The translations under genes were made by a program, and so were the position numbers. This document shows positions 17,040-27,385 of a DNA stretch of 64,000 nt, piece after piece. The DNA comes from a virus. The stretch spans positions 1-64,000 of the IMG/VR virus record IMGVR_UViG_3300023174_000145. One strand, 5' to 3'. Under the pieces are notes generated by a model that saw only the letters and a list, made by a program, of their open reading frames with translations, was not told the DNA's origin and ran no database searches. How positions within the stretch are numbered: the stretch's first letter is position 1; each line of letters begins with the position of its first letter.

Positions 17040-17809
17040 GAACGAACCTCCAAAGGTTCAATCTTTGTCCTACCGTCTGATGCAGACCAACAATCACCTT
17101 TTACTGGACAATAATTGCAGTTAGAACTATTTTCTTTGAATGGTCGCTTAATGTTTTTCTTATCCTGCCAAGCAGAATAAACTCCACGCATCCAATCCAA
17201 AATATACTCAACATATTTCTTATTTTCATCAGACATTACGATGGGTATAACTGCAATCTCGTGACTATTTTTATTTTCATATAAGAAATAGCCTTCTTGC
17301 AAATCCATAACATACATATAAATCAATAGCTGAACAACGTGACTATCAGAACCTGTAGACGTATCTTTACGGATATCAAAACCCTCTGACTTAATTGTTT
17401 TTATTTCACCGACAATCTCTTCACCGTCAACTTCTGAAATCATATCTGCAAATCCACGAATAGGTGGATCTTCACATAATACTTCACGCTCAAGTTCTTT
17501 TACTAAGCCAGCCTTAAGCAAAGCACCCTGTATTCTATCGTGTGCTTGAGTACCAGCATTCATTGCAGCCATACCTTGTGCAGTAAAACTTGTTTTAAAG
17601 TTTGCACCAGTAAATGCTAGATTCCAATATCTAGGACAGGTTCCATAACCATATCCAATAGTGGATGGCGAAAATGTTTTTTTGACCATAAAGTTGGTTC
17701 CATTTTTGCCATCTAAGTATGCCTTGCCAACGGCAAGTCTAAACTTCTTTGGGTCTATCTTTGTGTCTCTTGGCTTTGTTGTCAAAGTTCCAATTAAATT
17801 TTTTACCAT
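17036..17809 (-). CDS. Cas4-like PD-(D/E)XK exonuclease
   Basis: SPS...CPR, G..AH, GFAD, EIKT, QL.IY, C..C.....C Fe-S staple. Confidence 0.85.
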   Translation of the reverse strand: MVKNLIGTLTTKPRDTKIDPKKFRLAVGKAYLDGKNGTNFMVKKTFSPSTIGYGYGTCPRYWNLAFTGANFKTSFTAQGMAAMNAGTQAHDRIQGALLKAGLVKELEREVLCEDPPIRGFADMISEVDGEEIVGEIKTIKSEGFDIRKDTSTGSDSHVVQLLIYMYVMDLQEGYFLYENKNSHEIAVIPIVMSDENKKYVEYILDWMRGVYSAWQDKKNIKRPFKENSSNCNYCPVKGDCWSASDGRTKIEPLEVRS

Positions 17810-18144
17810 TATGCTCCTAAGTTATATCGTGCTACATACTTGAGAGCATCTACCATTTTGTCGATAGAATCTTTCATTGTATAATACACATTCTTTTTTG
17901 TATTATTAATACTACCAGAAGGTCCTTTTTCAACAGTAGAATACCAAGTTGCCAATACACCAAACTTAGCACTCATTGCTTGCATCTTGTTGATAAGTGC
18001 AACAGCCTGAACAGACGGAATATCTGGCTTCATCATAACCTTGACGATAAGTGCCAATGCTTCGTCTAAGTCTTCATCTTTCATAAATTCGTGCAGGTCA
18101 TTAAACTCTGTCACCTGATTAATATAATCAAGGGTTGATTCCAT
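17809..18144 (-). CDS. Hypothetical protein
   Basis: 111-aa helical ORF in the recombination operon. Confidence 0.7.
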   Translation of the reverse strand: MESTLDYINQVTEFNDLHEFMKDEDLDEALALIVKVMMKPDIPSVQAVALINKMQAMSAKFGVLATWYSTVEKGPSGSINNTKKNVYYTMKDSIDKMVDALKYVARYNLGA

Positions 18145-18433
18145 TTGCTCTCTCCAATAAATCTTCTAGGGCAGCCCATTCAATGACTGCTAATCTTATC
18201 TTTTGTGTTTCACCGATTGCCAATAATAGGGCTGGATATTTATCTTTGCTTGTTTTAAGCGTATCGGTAACTATCTTAGCCCATACCTCTTGGTTTATGG
18301 TGAAACTTTTAGATGCTTCTTTTACATCTACAACAAACTCATCTGTAGAACCATCAGCTTTTTGATATTGTCCACGACCAGAGTTTTTATGTGCCTTTGC
18401 ACCGATCTTTTTTAATTCACCACGTTCACTCAT
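18128..18433 (-). CDS. PD-(D/E)XK nuclease / Holliday junction resolvase-like
   Basis: NSGRG...KAD....VVDVKE..KSF motif. Confidence 0.7.
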   Translation of the reverse strand: MSERGELKKIGAKAHKNSGRGQYQKADGSTDEFVVDVKEASKSFTINQEVWAKIVTDTLKTSKDKYPALLLAIGETQKIRLAVIEWAALEDLLERANGINP

Positions 18434-18621
18434 AGGGTAGCCTTATTAATATGTCCTTGTGGACATACATATTTAAGAATCATATTATCTTCATCAAGTG
18501 ATGCAGAATTAACATTTGCAAAACATTCACCACATATAAAATTTCCACCCATTGTTACTTCATCTTCTTTCTCTACTTCTTGTTCTTTTTTACCGCCGAC
18601 AAACTCTCTTGGATCTATCAT
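18430..18621 (-). CDS. Small zinc-ribbon protein
   Basis: CGEC...CPQGH. Confidence 0.6.
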   Translation of the reverse strand: MIDPREFVGGKKEQEVEKEDEVTMGGNFICGECFANVNSASLDEDNMILKYVCPQGHINKATL

Positions 18622-19625
18622 ATCTTTGCATACACCATACTTTCTAGAGTATCAAATACTTCAGGGTTAGTCCGAACATACTCTACGACCTTTGCACGAC
18701 CCTGTAAACGCTGGTCTAGGATTGTGTACCAAGCACCGCCACGCTCAATGATGCCCATAAGTTCTGCAACGTCAACAAGGTCTGCGACTTTATCTACACC
18801 AACGTGACCGCCCTGAAAATAGAAATCATATGAGCCGTTAATAAACTGTGGACCAGTTTTATTATAGTCAATACTCCAGTTTACTGGACGACCAACTTTT
18901 TGCTCAATTAGTCTATCTCCTACAGCAATCTTATCTTTAATAGAGTTTGCCTCTGCTTCAGAAGACCATAGTTTTACAATAGTGCTACTAAAGAACTTTA
19001 CAGCCATACCACCTGTTGGAATATGTGTAGCGTGCATAGATCCAAAACTATTGCGTTGCTGTGAAATAAGAATAAGCAAAGTGTTTTCATTTGCATAATT
19101 AAGCATCTTAACTGCGTGAGTCATATCCTTTGCTTCTGCACCAATCTGTTTGGTGTCTTGAAGTTCTTTAAGTTCACTTCCATCTTTCTCAAAATAGATT
19201 GCAGGAAGCAAAGCAGAGATAGAATCAACTACAATAATATCTACACCAGCTTTCATCAAATCTACACCAACATCAACCATATCATTGATAGTTTTTGCTG
19301 GAGAGTAAATAAGTTTTTCTGAATCAACACCTAATTGTTCAGCCCATTCTGGAGAATATGATTGCTCAGAATCAATCCAGGCACAAACCTTTCCATTTTT
19401 TTGGGCTTCACCAATCATCTGTAAACAAAATGATGATTTACCCGCTGACTTATTTCCCCATACAAGAACTTGGCGACCATATCCTAGTCCACCCTTTAGT
19501 CCAACATTAAGACTAAGACTTGGTGTTGGTTGTTTTTCTATTTCTACTTCTGTTGCTGACTGTACCCTTTTTCTTGTCTTTGGGTCTAGCCTCGCTAAGA
19601 TGTCTTCCATCTTTGTTTCTGTCAT
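18618..19625 (-). CDS. recA: RecA/UvsX-like recombinase
   Basis: GNKSAGKS Walker A, IDSE, VVDSI, ISQ.R, TGG.AVKFFSS, GAWY. Confidence 0.92.
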   Translation of the reverse strand: MTETKMEDILARLDPKTRKRVQSATEVEIEKQPTPSLSLNVGLKGGLGYGRQVLVWGNKSAGKSSFCLQMIGEAQKNGKVCAWIDSEQSYSPEWAEQLGVDSEKLIYSPAKTINDMVDVGVDLMKAGVDIIVVDSISALLPAIYFEKDGSELKELQDTKQIGAEAKDMTHAVKMLNYANENTLLILISQQRNSFGSMHATHIPTGGMAVKFFSSTIVKLWSSEAEANSIKDKIAVGDRLIEQKVGRPVNWSIDYNKTGPQFINGSYDFYFQGGHVGVDKVADLVDVAELMGIIERGGAWYTILDQRLQGRAKVVEYVRTNPEVFDTLESMVYAKI

Positions 19626-19779
19626 TAAAATGCATCTCCAATATCTTTGCTAAATCTTTTATTTCTTCTTCTCGCATTGTTTCAATCTTTTTAATAATTG
19701 AATACATTTGCTCTTCATTATAGCTTCTTATTACAAGTAGAAGTTCTCCGTCTACCCCTTCTAAAAAGTATCCCTGCAT
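19513..19779 (-). CDS. Hypothetical protein
   Basis: Fills the gap between the MazG-like gene and recA; 3' part overlaps recA. Confidence 0.5.
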   Translation of the reverse strand: MQGYFLEGVDGELLLVIRSYNEEQMYSIIKKIETMREEEIKDLAKILEMHFNDRNKDGRHLSEARPKDKKKGTVSNRSRNRKTTNTKS

Positions 19780-19785
19780 ATTATA

Positions 19786-20124
19786 TCATCCCAATACGTT
19801 ATGCATTTTTGGTCTATTTTGATTAACCAATGTTTTACTAATTAATGTGTCTTCAAGCGATGCATCAACTTCACCTGCAACACGAAGACCTTCATACAAA
19901 TCAACAACACGAATAATAATGTCTGCTAATTCTTCAACTACTTCATCTTTGCCCTTGCTTTTACGCAAAGCCTCTAAAACTTCTGTTGCTTCCGAATGGA
20001 TCATAGCAATCTGTTTTGCATAAAAGATAAAAGTTTCTGATGTTGGTACTGGATACATATAGTCCCAGAAACCCTTGTCTTTTGCATTGTCGTGGACACT
20101 CTTTGCTAAATTATCTAGATTCAT
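19786..20124 (-). CDS. MazG-like nucleotide pyrophosphohydrolase
   Basis: IHSEATEVLEA.RK...EELADIIIR..D. Confidence 0.85.
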   Translation of the reverse strand: MNLDNLAKSVHDNAKDKGFWDYMYPVPTSETFIFYAKQIAMIHSEATEVLEALRKSKGKDEVVEELADIIIRVVDLYEGLRVAGEVDASLEDTLISKTLVNQNRPKMHNVLG

Positions 20125-23100
20125 ACTCTCTCAAACTCCTTTACTGTAGTACTACCTGATTGTGTTTCCTGTAAAACTGGTTTACATTTATTTCCTGGCT
20201 TCAAACTTGCCAACGCTTGTCCATACATATTAGGAAAGATTACGATAGACTTCAAATCTTTATCGGAATCTGCAATAACTGCGTTAGCCATTTTCTGTCC
20301 AGTTTTAGTCTTTCTTGGCGTAAAGCTGATAGTAAAATATTCTCCATCTGCCAAAGGCATTGACTTAGCCTGTAAGTATTTAATGAAAGGATCTTTAGTA
20401 TCCTTCATATTATCCGCCGTTGCATAAGCACCAATACGATTATCTGCAACTAAGAAGATATAGATTTTTCCTGGTTCGATTGTTGTGTCCGACCTGTCAA
20501 AGATGCCAACAGAGCCAGTCTTGTCAACGATTTCGATGCGTGACCAACCGTCTCCTCGTTTGATGGATTTGACCATAGCAATAACGAGAAAGCATCCTTC
20601 TTCGGAGTAATCTTCAAGTGGTTTTGCATAAGCCTCAATCCAGCGTGGCATATCACTTGTAAACTCAGGGATATTAAGGTATTCGTAATAATTTTCTTTT
20701 TCATTTCCAGTCCTTAGATTGTCATTAAATGCTGCCGCACCAACTTTATTAAGTGCATCTATAGCCCTGTTATTTATACCAGAACCTTTTTCACTAGCAA
20801 CTTCTCTTAAATGCTCATAACTTTGATATGGTCTATTAGCAATAATCTTGCTACCAATATTTTCAGAAATGAACTTAATATTACCTAATCCAAATCGGAT
20901 AGAATCACCGTCAAGAGTAAAGTCAATATCTGATTCATTAACGTGTGGAAGTTTAATCGAAATACCCATACGTTTTGCTTCAATTAGATAATCTGTACGA
21001 GTATCTTTATCTTTTTCATTACGAAGAAGAGAATACATAAACTCGTGTGGGTAATACTTCTTTAGCCAAGCCGACCAATATGAAAGCATTGAGTATGCAA
21101 CAGCGTGTGACTTATTGAATGAATAACCTGCGTGTGCTTCAAAGTCTTTCCATAAACCTTCTGCTTGCTTTTCTGTAATATGCTTGGATGCACCCTTTAC
21201 AAACTGCTCACGATATTTGTCAAACTCTCTAGCATCCTTTTTCTTACCAATAATCTTACGAACTTTATCCGCTTCAACCATAGACATACCGCCTAAGTGA
21301 ACACAGGCAAGCATAACTTGTTCCTGATAAAGAATACATCCATAAGTATCTTGCGTAAAGTCCTTTACGATGTCGTGAATATAAGTCACTGGAGATTTAC
21401 CCTTTTTACGCTTAATGTATTCAGCACCGATAGTATTCATAGCTCCAGGACGTACAAGAGCATTGGATGCAGCAAGTTCATCAAATGAATAAACACCCAT
21501 TTTAACAAGCAGGTTTGTATAAGGTGTTGCTTCTGCTTGAAATACGCCCTTAGTAAATCCTGCGGTTAAGTCTGCATAAACTTCTCTATCATCTAGAGCA
21601 ATGCTTGAAAGATCGATATCCTTGCCTTTGCGCTCTTTAATCATATCCAAAGTATCGTGAATTACTGTAAGAGTTTTTAGACCAAGAGCATCAATCTTAA
21701 TTAGACCAATATCTGCTACCTGTTCCATATCTACTGCAACCACCTGCACCCTATCATCGCTTTGTGTATCTTTACGAGTTTCAATAGGTGCATATTTTGA
21801 AATAGCATCTTTAGAAGCAACAATACCTGCGGCGTGCATACCAGTTCCACGAATACGTCCACGCAACTTCTCAGCATACATTACGACCTCTGGATATTTT
21901 TCACGGAAGTCTTTAGAGATTGATGCTGACATAAACTCATCCCAAGTTTCAACACCCTTTAGTGCCTTATTTACTTCTGGAAGTGGAATATGAAAAGCTC
22001 TAGCAACATCTCGGACAACACCCTTATCTTTGAATGTAAGAAATGTAGCAATAGATGCAACGTGCTGATACTGGTCTGAAAGATATTCTTTAACCTGACT
22101 ACGCTTTCTATCTTCATAGTCCGTATCAATATCTGGAAAGTCATTACGCTCTGGATTAATAAATCGGAAAAACAATAAACCATACTTAATTGGATCTACT
22201 TCTGTAATGCCAAGTGAATAGCATACAAGTGAACCAGCGGCACTACCACGACCTGGACCAACCATAATCTCATTGTTCTTTGACCAGTTAATCATATCTG
22301 CAACAATGATGAAGTATGATGAAAAGTTTTTAGACTTAATAATATCTAATTCTTCATTCAAGCGTTCAATATATTCTGGCTTGTCTGCAAGACCACGCTT
22401 TGCCAAACCTTCTAAGGCAATCTTTTCTAATTGATGGTCTGGGTCACGATATTCGGCAGGAAGTAAATCAAGACCCTGCTTGATTTCATATGAACCAATC
22501 TTTTCACTAATCTCAACAGAGTTTTCATACAAATCATCTCGGTCAATACCTTGATCAAGCATTAGTTGCTTAACATCTTTATGACCCATAAGATAGATTT
22601 CCAAGTCTTTAAATGACATAAACCTATCGCCATATAAATAATCAAGGCGTTCAATTAAATCTTTAATCTTACGACTATCTTCAAACTTTGCTTCTTTACG
22701 GATATTAGGATGTGTACCTAGAATAAGCATAATCTCTTCTGCAATCCTGTCCTCTGGTGAGGCATAATGGCAGTCCAAAGTTACGGTAGATTTGACACCC
22801 ATATCATCTGCTAGTTTAAGCATTTGATGATTAAGTTCGGCAGGATTATGGGGCTGTAATTCCATATAGAAGTTATCCCCAAATACATTCTTGAACCAAT
22901 CTGTGTATTCCACCGCCTTTTCCATATTGCCATTTTGGATAGCCTTAGCAATAATGCCATTCATACATCCAGAAATGACTACTAAGTTTGTGGAATGAGT
23001 TTCAAGCGTTTTAAAATCTATGCGTGGTTTTGAAAAGAACCCTTCGTTCCAACCGATTTCAGACAGTTTTGAGAGGTTCTGGAGCCCATTCTCGTTCTGT

Positions 23101-23384
23101 GCTAGGACAATAAGATGGTTATAAATCTGCTCATCTTCTTCTCGGTCCTTTTTAGACCTCTTATCGGTCATATCTGTGGTGAAATAGGCTTCTAGCCCTA
23201 GAATTGGCTTTACATTGGTATCTTTTGCAGCAATAAGGAAATCACGATGCCCACTCAATGTGCCGTGATCAGTAATAGAAAGTGCTGTCATACCCACTTC
23301 TTCTGCTCTTTTAAGAAGTTCTTCTGGTGAGGAAAATCCGTCTAGTAGGCTGTAGTACGAATGTGAATGATGATTATGATACAT
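20121..23384 (-). CDS. dnaE: DNA polymerase III alpha subunit (PHP plus polymerase, no intein)
   Basis: HSHSYYSLLDG, TDHG, GPGRGSAAGS, FPDIDTD, KIDALGL, YSFNKSHA. Confidence 0.97.
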   Translation of the reverse strand: MYHNHHSHSYYSLLDGFSSPEELLKRAEEVGMTALSITDHGTLSGHRDFLIAAKDTNVKPILGLEAYFTTDMTDKRSKKDREEDEQIYNHLIVLAQNENGLQNLSKLSEIGWNEGFFSKPRIDFKTLETHSTNLVVISGCMNGIIAKAIQNGNMEKAVEYTDWFKNVFGDNFYMELQPHNPAELNHQMLKLADDMGVKSTVTLDCHYASPEDRIAEEIMLILGTHPNIRKEAKFEDSRKIKDLIERLDYLYGDRFMSFKDLEIYLMGHKDVKQLMLDQGIDRDDLYENSVEISEKIGSYEIKQGLDLLPAEYRDPDHQLEKIALEGLAKRGLADKPEYIERLNEELDIIKSKNFSSYFIIVADMINWSKNNEIMVGPGRGSAAGSLVCYSLGITEVDPIKYGLLFFRFINPERNDFPDIDTDYEDRKRSQVKEYLSDQYQHVASIATFLTFKDKGVVRDVARAFHIPLPEVNKALKGVETWDEFMSASISKDFREKYPEVVMYAEKLRGRIRGTGMHAAGIVASKDAISKYAPIETRKDTQSDDRVQVVAVDMEQVADIGLIKIDALGLKTLTVIHDTLDMIKERKGKDIDLSSIALDDREVYADLTAGFTKGVFQAEATPYTNLLVKMGVYSFDELAASNALVRPGAMNTIGAEYIKRKKGKSPVTYIHDIVKDFTQDTYGCILYQEQVMLACVHLGGMSMVEADKVRKIIGKKKDAREFDKYREQFVKGASKHITEKQAEGLWKDFEAHAGYSFNKSHAVAYSMLSYWSAWLKKYYPHEFMYSLLRNEKDKDTRTDYLIEAKRMGISIKLPHVNESDIDFTLDGDSIRFGLGNIKFISENIGSKIIANRPYQSYEHLREVASEKGSGINNRAIDALNKVGAAAFNDNLRTGNEKENYYEYLNIPEFTSDMPRWIEAYAKPLEDYSEEGCFLVIAMVKSIKRGDGWSRIEIVDKTGSVGIFDRSDTTIEPGKIYIFLVADNRIGAYATADNMKDTKDPFIKYLQAKSMPLADGEYFTISFTPRKTKTGQKMANAVIADSDKDLKSIVIFPNMYGQALASLKPGNKCKPVLQETQSGSTTVKEFERV

Positions 23385-23402
23385 TTATCTCCAATAATTT
23401 AA

Positions 23403-23444
23403 GGGGGCAGTAATATTATATATTACCGCCCCCGATACTGTCAA
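23403..23444 (-). promoter_or_regulatory. Hairpin overlapping a sigma70 promoter upstream of dnaE
   Basis: GGGGGCGGTAATA/TATTACTGCCCCC stem with TATAAT in the loop and TTGACA 18 nt upstream. Confidence 0.55.
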
Positions 23445-23450
23445 GAGTTT

Positions 23451-24104
23451 TTACCACTCAACAGAAGTGGATGCTGTTTCCTCGGCTTCAAGACCCATAT
23501 AAAATGATTCTTGGTCCGCATACTTAATCTGACGAGTTGCAGTTTTTTCTAGGTCATATGTTTCAAGACCTGTGAAATCAAACGGCTTCTCATCTGTGGT
23601 AACAGGGAACAACGAATAGCTAGTCAGCGTACCAGTTCCATTCCGCTTCAATCGCCAAACAACATTTGACACAGAACCTGTATCTGATGCATATTCAATG
23701 ATTGTGGTAGTAGTTGGTGACTTTGGACCAACACCCTGCGACCAAATCGCTGTGTAGGTTTCACCCTGACCTTCATCTACCAACACATTTGTGTAGTAGC
23801 GAAGACGAGCTTTCCAACCAGCCTTTGGATCTTTACGATGCTGTTCGCAACCGTAACATTTTCCTTCATCATCAATAGAGCACAAAGCCTTACGCTTGTA
23901 ATCTTTCGGATTGGTATGTTCTGCGATAACAATCGCAAGACCCAAATCTTTATTATAATTCTTTGAGTCGGGATCTACTTCGTTAAGAAAACGAATCTTT
24001 ACGCTCTGCCCATCTTCTAACTTGAGCCAACGAGCCTTTGGACCGTCTGAACCAGATGGTCGTTCGATTAGATTTTTGATATTTGCTAATCCTGTAATTG
24101 CCAT
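23451..24104 (-). CDS. Single-stranded DNA-binding protein (gp32-like)
   Basis: L.LEDG.SVKIRFL, C..CYGC, KRNGTG..TSY, acidic C-terminal tail ending in W; next to the polymerase. Confidence 0.75.
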   Translation of the reverse strand: MAITGLANIKNLIERPSGSDGPKARWLKLEDGQSVKIRFLNEVDPDSKNYNKDLGLAIVIAEHTNPKDYKRKALCSIDDEGKCYGCEQHRKDPKAGWKARLRYYTNVLVDEGQGETYTAIWSQGVGPKSPTTTTIIEYASDTGSVSNVVWRLKRNGTGTLTSYSLFPVTTDEKPFDFTGLETYDLEKTATRQIKYADQESFYMGLEAEETASTSVEW

Positions 24105-24161
24105 ATTTTATTTCTCCTTTTAATATTCGGTTCTATAGGTGAACCTTGTACATTTATTTTA

Positions 24162-25115
24162 TCATATTGAGAGTGCTAAGTCAAGTGACTTTATGGAAGA
24201 AAATGCAGACAAAATCTCTTCATCTGTCATATCTCCAATATCCTTTTTACCGTCTGCAATATTCAATACTCTTATATCTTTACCAGATAAGTGCTTGCTT
24301 AGTTTATTTGTCATTTCTGAACCTGCCATATCATTATCTGGTGCAATAATAATTACCTGTGCGTATTTATTTAAAAGTGCTGCTTGGTTTGTACCAATAT
24401 TTGCACCAAGAGTAGCAACGGCAGGAATATCTAATTGCCACAATCTCATAGCATCAAATGACGATTCTACAATAACAATATCATTAAACTTTGAGTTATT
24501 AAGATTAAACAATACTTTGCTTCTGGGTAGTCCATTGGAGTTTTTAAATGATTTACCTTCTACAGACCGCCCCACAAATCCGACACATACACCTGTATGT
24601 GAATAGATTGGAACAGTAACCATATCCTGTTTTTCTGAATATCCTAATTTAAAATGTTTCATTGCATCAACGGTAATATTTCTGCCAAGAAAGTAATTCT
24701 TTGCCCTATCACTTTGCATCAGGGAAGTATGCAAACGGTCAATAAGAGCAGAGTCAAACTCATCAAACTCTTCTTTTGGCTCAATGGACTTTTCAACTTT
24801 TTCTACAAAGTTAATTGACTTTGCTGCATTAGATATAATTCTGGAAGCCTCAAAATAATTACGATTAGTTGTTCTCATAACAAAATCTATAATGGTTCCA
24901 TTTTCACCACAAGAGAAGCAAAGGAATAATCCTTTTTCTTTATCTACTTCACAAGCTGGTGTATGGCGATTATTATGGAATGGACAGAATATTAGATAAT
25001 GTGTTTCTAATTCTGTGCCTATTGTGATTCCGCAGGAAACGATAATTTCTCTGATTTGGTCTGGGTCGTAAGATTCATTGGTATTAGTTTTGTTCCAACC
25101 AGTCCCTTGTAACAT
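24162..25115 (-). CDS. dnaG: DNA primase (CHC2 zinc finger plus TOPRIM)
   Basis: CPFH...CFSC, VGFVGR, IVESSFD, PDND, KDIGD; start uncertain. Confidence 0.9.
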   Translation of the reverse strand: MLQGTGWNKTNTNESYDPDQIREIIVSCGITIGTELETHYLIFCPFHNNRHTPACEVDKEKGLFLCFSCGENGTIIDFVMRTTNRNYFEASRIISNAAKSINFVEKVEKSIEPKEEFDEFDSALIDRLHTSLMQSDRAKNYFLGRNITVDAMKHFKLGYSEKQDMVTVPIYSHTGVCVGFVGRSVEGKSFKNSNGLPRSKVLFNLNNSKFNDIVIVESSFDAMRLWQLDIPAVATLGANIGTNQAALLNKYAQVIIIAPDNDMAGSEMTNKLSKHLSGKDIRVLNIADGKKDIGDMTDEEILSAFSSIKSLDLALSI

Positions 25116-25354
25116 TTTGCCTTTGCTTTCCCTAGGTATATTCCATACCAAGTTATTTTAAACTCAAATACATTACCATTATAGTCTATTGTGAAAACTG
25201 GGTCAAGGTCTAAATGTGGAACATATCCTTTTTCTCTCAAATAACTATCCATTATTTGATCATATTGTTCCCTTAAACGCAGAACATCAGCCTCATCATA
25301 GATCTGACCATCTATGGTAAACTTTTTAATTTTCTTATGTCCTGCAAACTCCAT
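25019..25354 (-). CDS. Hypothetical protein
   Basis: 111-aa ORF, TATAAT 6 nt upstream; GYVP.LDLDP motif. Confidence 0.7.
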   Translation of the reverse strand: MEFAGHKKIKKFTIDGQIYDEADVLRLREQYDQIMDSYLREKGYVPHLDLDPVFTIDYNGNVFEFKITWYGIYLGKAKAKCYKGLVGTKLIPMNLTTQTKSEKLSFPAESQ

Positions 25355-25368
25355 ATAACCATTATAGA

Positions 25369-26598
25369 TTATAAAGAGTCTGCAGGATCTAACATTTCTT
25401 CAAACTTTCCACTATCAAAATCTGCATCAACAAAGAAGTCACCTAAGAAACCGTGACGATTCTTTCTAAATGCAACTTCCAATACACCTGTATTTTGCTT
25501 ACGACCAAATGCAAGTAGCCAGTCAGCATCGTATGCAATCTGACGTGACCAAGCAACCTGACCAAGCTGTGGCACAGATTCTAAATCGCTTGCATCGTCT
25601 GGTGTAGCAGAAGCAATAGCAACAATAGGAACCTGCTCTGAAATGGCAAGAAGTTTTAGTTCTCGTGATAAGTTTTTAATCTTAACAGTTTCATTACCAC
25701 TTGTACCTGCATTATCCTGCATTAACTGTAGATAATCAATAAATACAATGTCTGGTTTATACTGGTCAATCTTTGCTCTAACAACATTTGGTGTTACTTC
25801 GCTACCACCGTCATTTGAAACAATCTTAAATGGTTGCTTTCCAACTAAAGTCTTGTCTGCCCAGTCCTTAAACTCTTCCTGATTTACACGACCAGAAGAA
25901 AGATTACGATGGGAGAACTTTCCGTCACCGAGAATAGTAAAAATACGGTTACGAACTTCTTGTTCTGTCATTTCAAGTGATAGAATCATTGGCACACGAC
26001 CATTCTTCCAAGCCTGAACCGCAAGATACAGAGCCATCCAAGACTTACCAATAGCAGGATAAGCAAGAAGTACACCTAACTGTCCTTTAGCAATACCCAT
26101 CGGTAGACAGATATCAAATGCCACTAGACCTGTACGAATACCAACATCACCATTCATTGCTGACTGACGAGTCTTTTCAAAATGATGTAATGCATCTTCA
26201 ACATCTGTTACATCTAGGTCACGAACCTTGGCGGTAATTCTTGACAATGAAGAAATATCCGTACTCATTGTTGCTAATGCTTTACTAGATTGATTATCCT
26301 GTAAGTGCTGTGCTGCTTTACGAACAGTAGCCCTCAAAGATTCATCAAGAAATGTTTCTTTCAATCTATTAATATGATAAATGGTTGGTCCAGCTTCAAC
26401 CGTCTCAAAATCTCTAAATCTTGTTGTTAAAAGATCGGCAGTTGGAACTTGACGAGTTTCATTGTAATATTCTTTTACAAAGTCCCATACATCGCCACAC
26501 GATTGCATAAGATAATCAACATTGTTTTCAAATAAAACGTGAATATCTTTATTCTCACATACGGCAGATAATACTTCTACTTCTTCACGCATTCCCAT
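25369..26598 (-). CDS. dnaB: Replicative DnaB-like helicase
   Basis: AYPAIGKS, SLEM, IDYLQLM, SRELKLLA, AYDAD, KNRHG. Confidence 0.95.
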   Translation of the reverse strand: MGMREEVEVLSAVCENKDIHVLFENNVDYLMQSCGDVWDFVKEYYNETRQVPTADLLTTRFRDFETVEAGPTIYHINRLKETFLDESLRATVRKAAQHLQDNQSSKALATMSTDISSLSRITAKVRDLDVTDVEDALHHFEKTRQSAMNGDVGIRTGLVAFDICLPMGIAKGQLGVLLAYPAIGKSWMALYLAVQAWKNGRVPMILSLEMTEQEVRNRIFTILGDGKFSHRNLSSGRVNQEEFKDWADKTLVGKQPFKIVSNDGGSEVTPNVVRAKIDQYKPDIVFIDYLQLMQDNAGTSGNETVKIKNLSRELKLLAISEQVPIVAIASATPDDASDLESVPQLGQVAWSRQIAYDADWLLAFGRKQNTGVLEVAFRKNRHGFLGDFFVDADFDSGKFEEMLDPADSL

Positions 26599-26920
26599 TT
26601 AACCACTCTTCTCTCAACTTTGCTAGTTCTGCTCTACGTTCAGCCCTTAACTTTTTATCTAATTCATTTGCATTTACTGTGTCTTTTAATTTATCAAAAT
26701 TATTAAACAACCAAGTCAGTGGGTGACCATCTTTTGACAAGGTGAAGTAATAATCTATAATTGATTTTGCTTCATCAAAGTTGAAGTCCTGCAAGATATC
26801 TCCAGCAGCCCACTTTTCTTTATATTTATTTATATTTGGTTGCTTCCCATAGCGTTCTTTATATTTGCTTGCATAATAAGACAACAATGCAAATGCTAAA
26901 CTTGCGCTATCTTTGGTCAA
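26585..26920 (-). CDS. Hypothetical protein (possible helicase loader)
   Basis: Coupled directly upstream of dnaB; function inferred from position only. Confidence 0.55.
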   Translation of the reverse strand: MTKDSASLAFALLSYYASKYKERYGKQPNINKYKEKWAAGDILQDFNFDEAKSIIDYYFTLSKDGHPLTWLFNNFDKLKDTVNANELDKKLRAERRAELAKLREEWLNGNA

Positions 26921-27123
26921 CTTTTTAGTCCCTTTTCAATCTCTCCGACTTTTTCTACAACCTTTGCTTCTACAAACTTATACACTCTGTCCATAGCAGC
27001 ATTAGTGTTTTCATCCGTTTCACGAACAAAATCCTCTACGCCTAGTTCAACGTGTACGCTTTCATAGTTTCCAAGATTGCGAACAAACTTTAGATTTACT
27101 TTTACTACTGTTTTATCACTCAT
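26917..27123 (-). CDS. Conserved phage hypothetical protein
   Basis: NLGNYES motif. Confidence 0.7.
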   Translation of the reverse strand: MSDKTVVKVNLKFVRNLGNYESVHVELGVEDFVRETDENTNAAMDRVYKFVEAKVVEKVGEIEKGLKS

Positions 27124-27385
27124 CTATATCTCCTGACAATGGAATAAATCCAAATGGTACTGTTTCGTGTACTTCATCTTCTGAAGTAATGGCTACATAT
27201 AAGTCTAGCCATTTATCCGATAATTTAATTAATGTTTCAGAATCTTTCTTTTTCTTTGCTATATGAAAAACCTCATCCAAACATTTCATACTAGCAATGA
27301 TAGCAGCTTCGTCTAGGAATGTAAAGTTCTTTTTTTGACTATTTTCTTCTACATACTTTTTAGTATGCCGACCTTTGTTTTTCAA
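27116..27385 (-). CDS. Hypothetical protein
   Basis: 89-aa coupled ORF. Confidence 0.6.
   Translation of the reverse strand: MKNKGRHTKKYVEENSQKKNFTFLDEAAIIASMKCLDEVFHIAKKKKDSETLIKLSDKWLDLYVAITSEDEVHETVPFGFIPLSGDIDE

Noticed and set aside
17036-17809. Cas4-like gene as evidence of a CRISPR system
   Set aside because: No repeat-spacer array or other cas genes seen; solo Cas4-like nucleases are common in phage recombination modules
20121-23384. Intein or intron in dnaE, terL or dnaB
   Set aside because: Lengths and motif spacing are normal and the frames are uninterrupted
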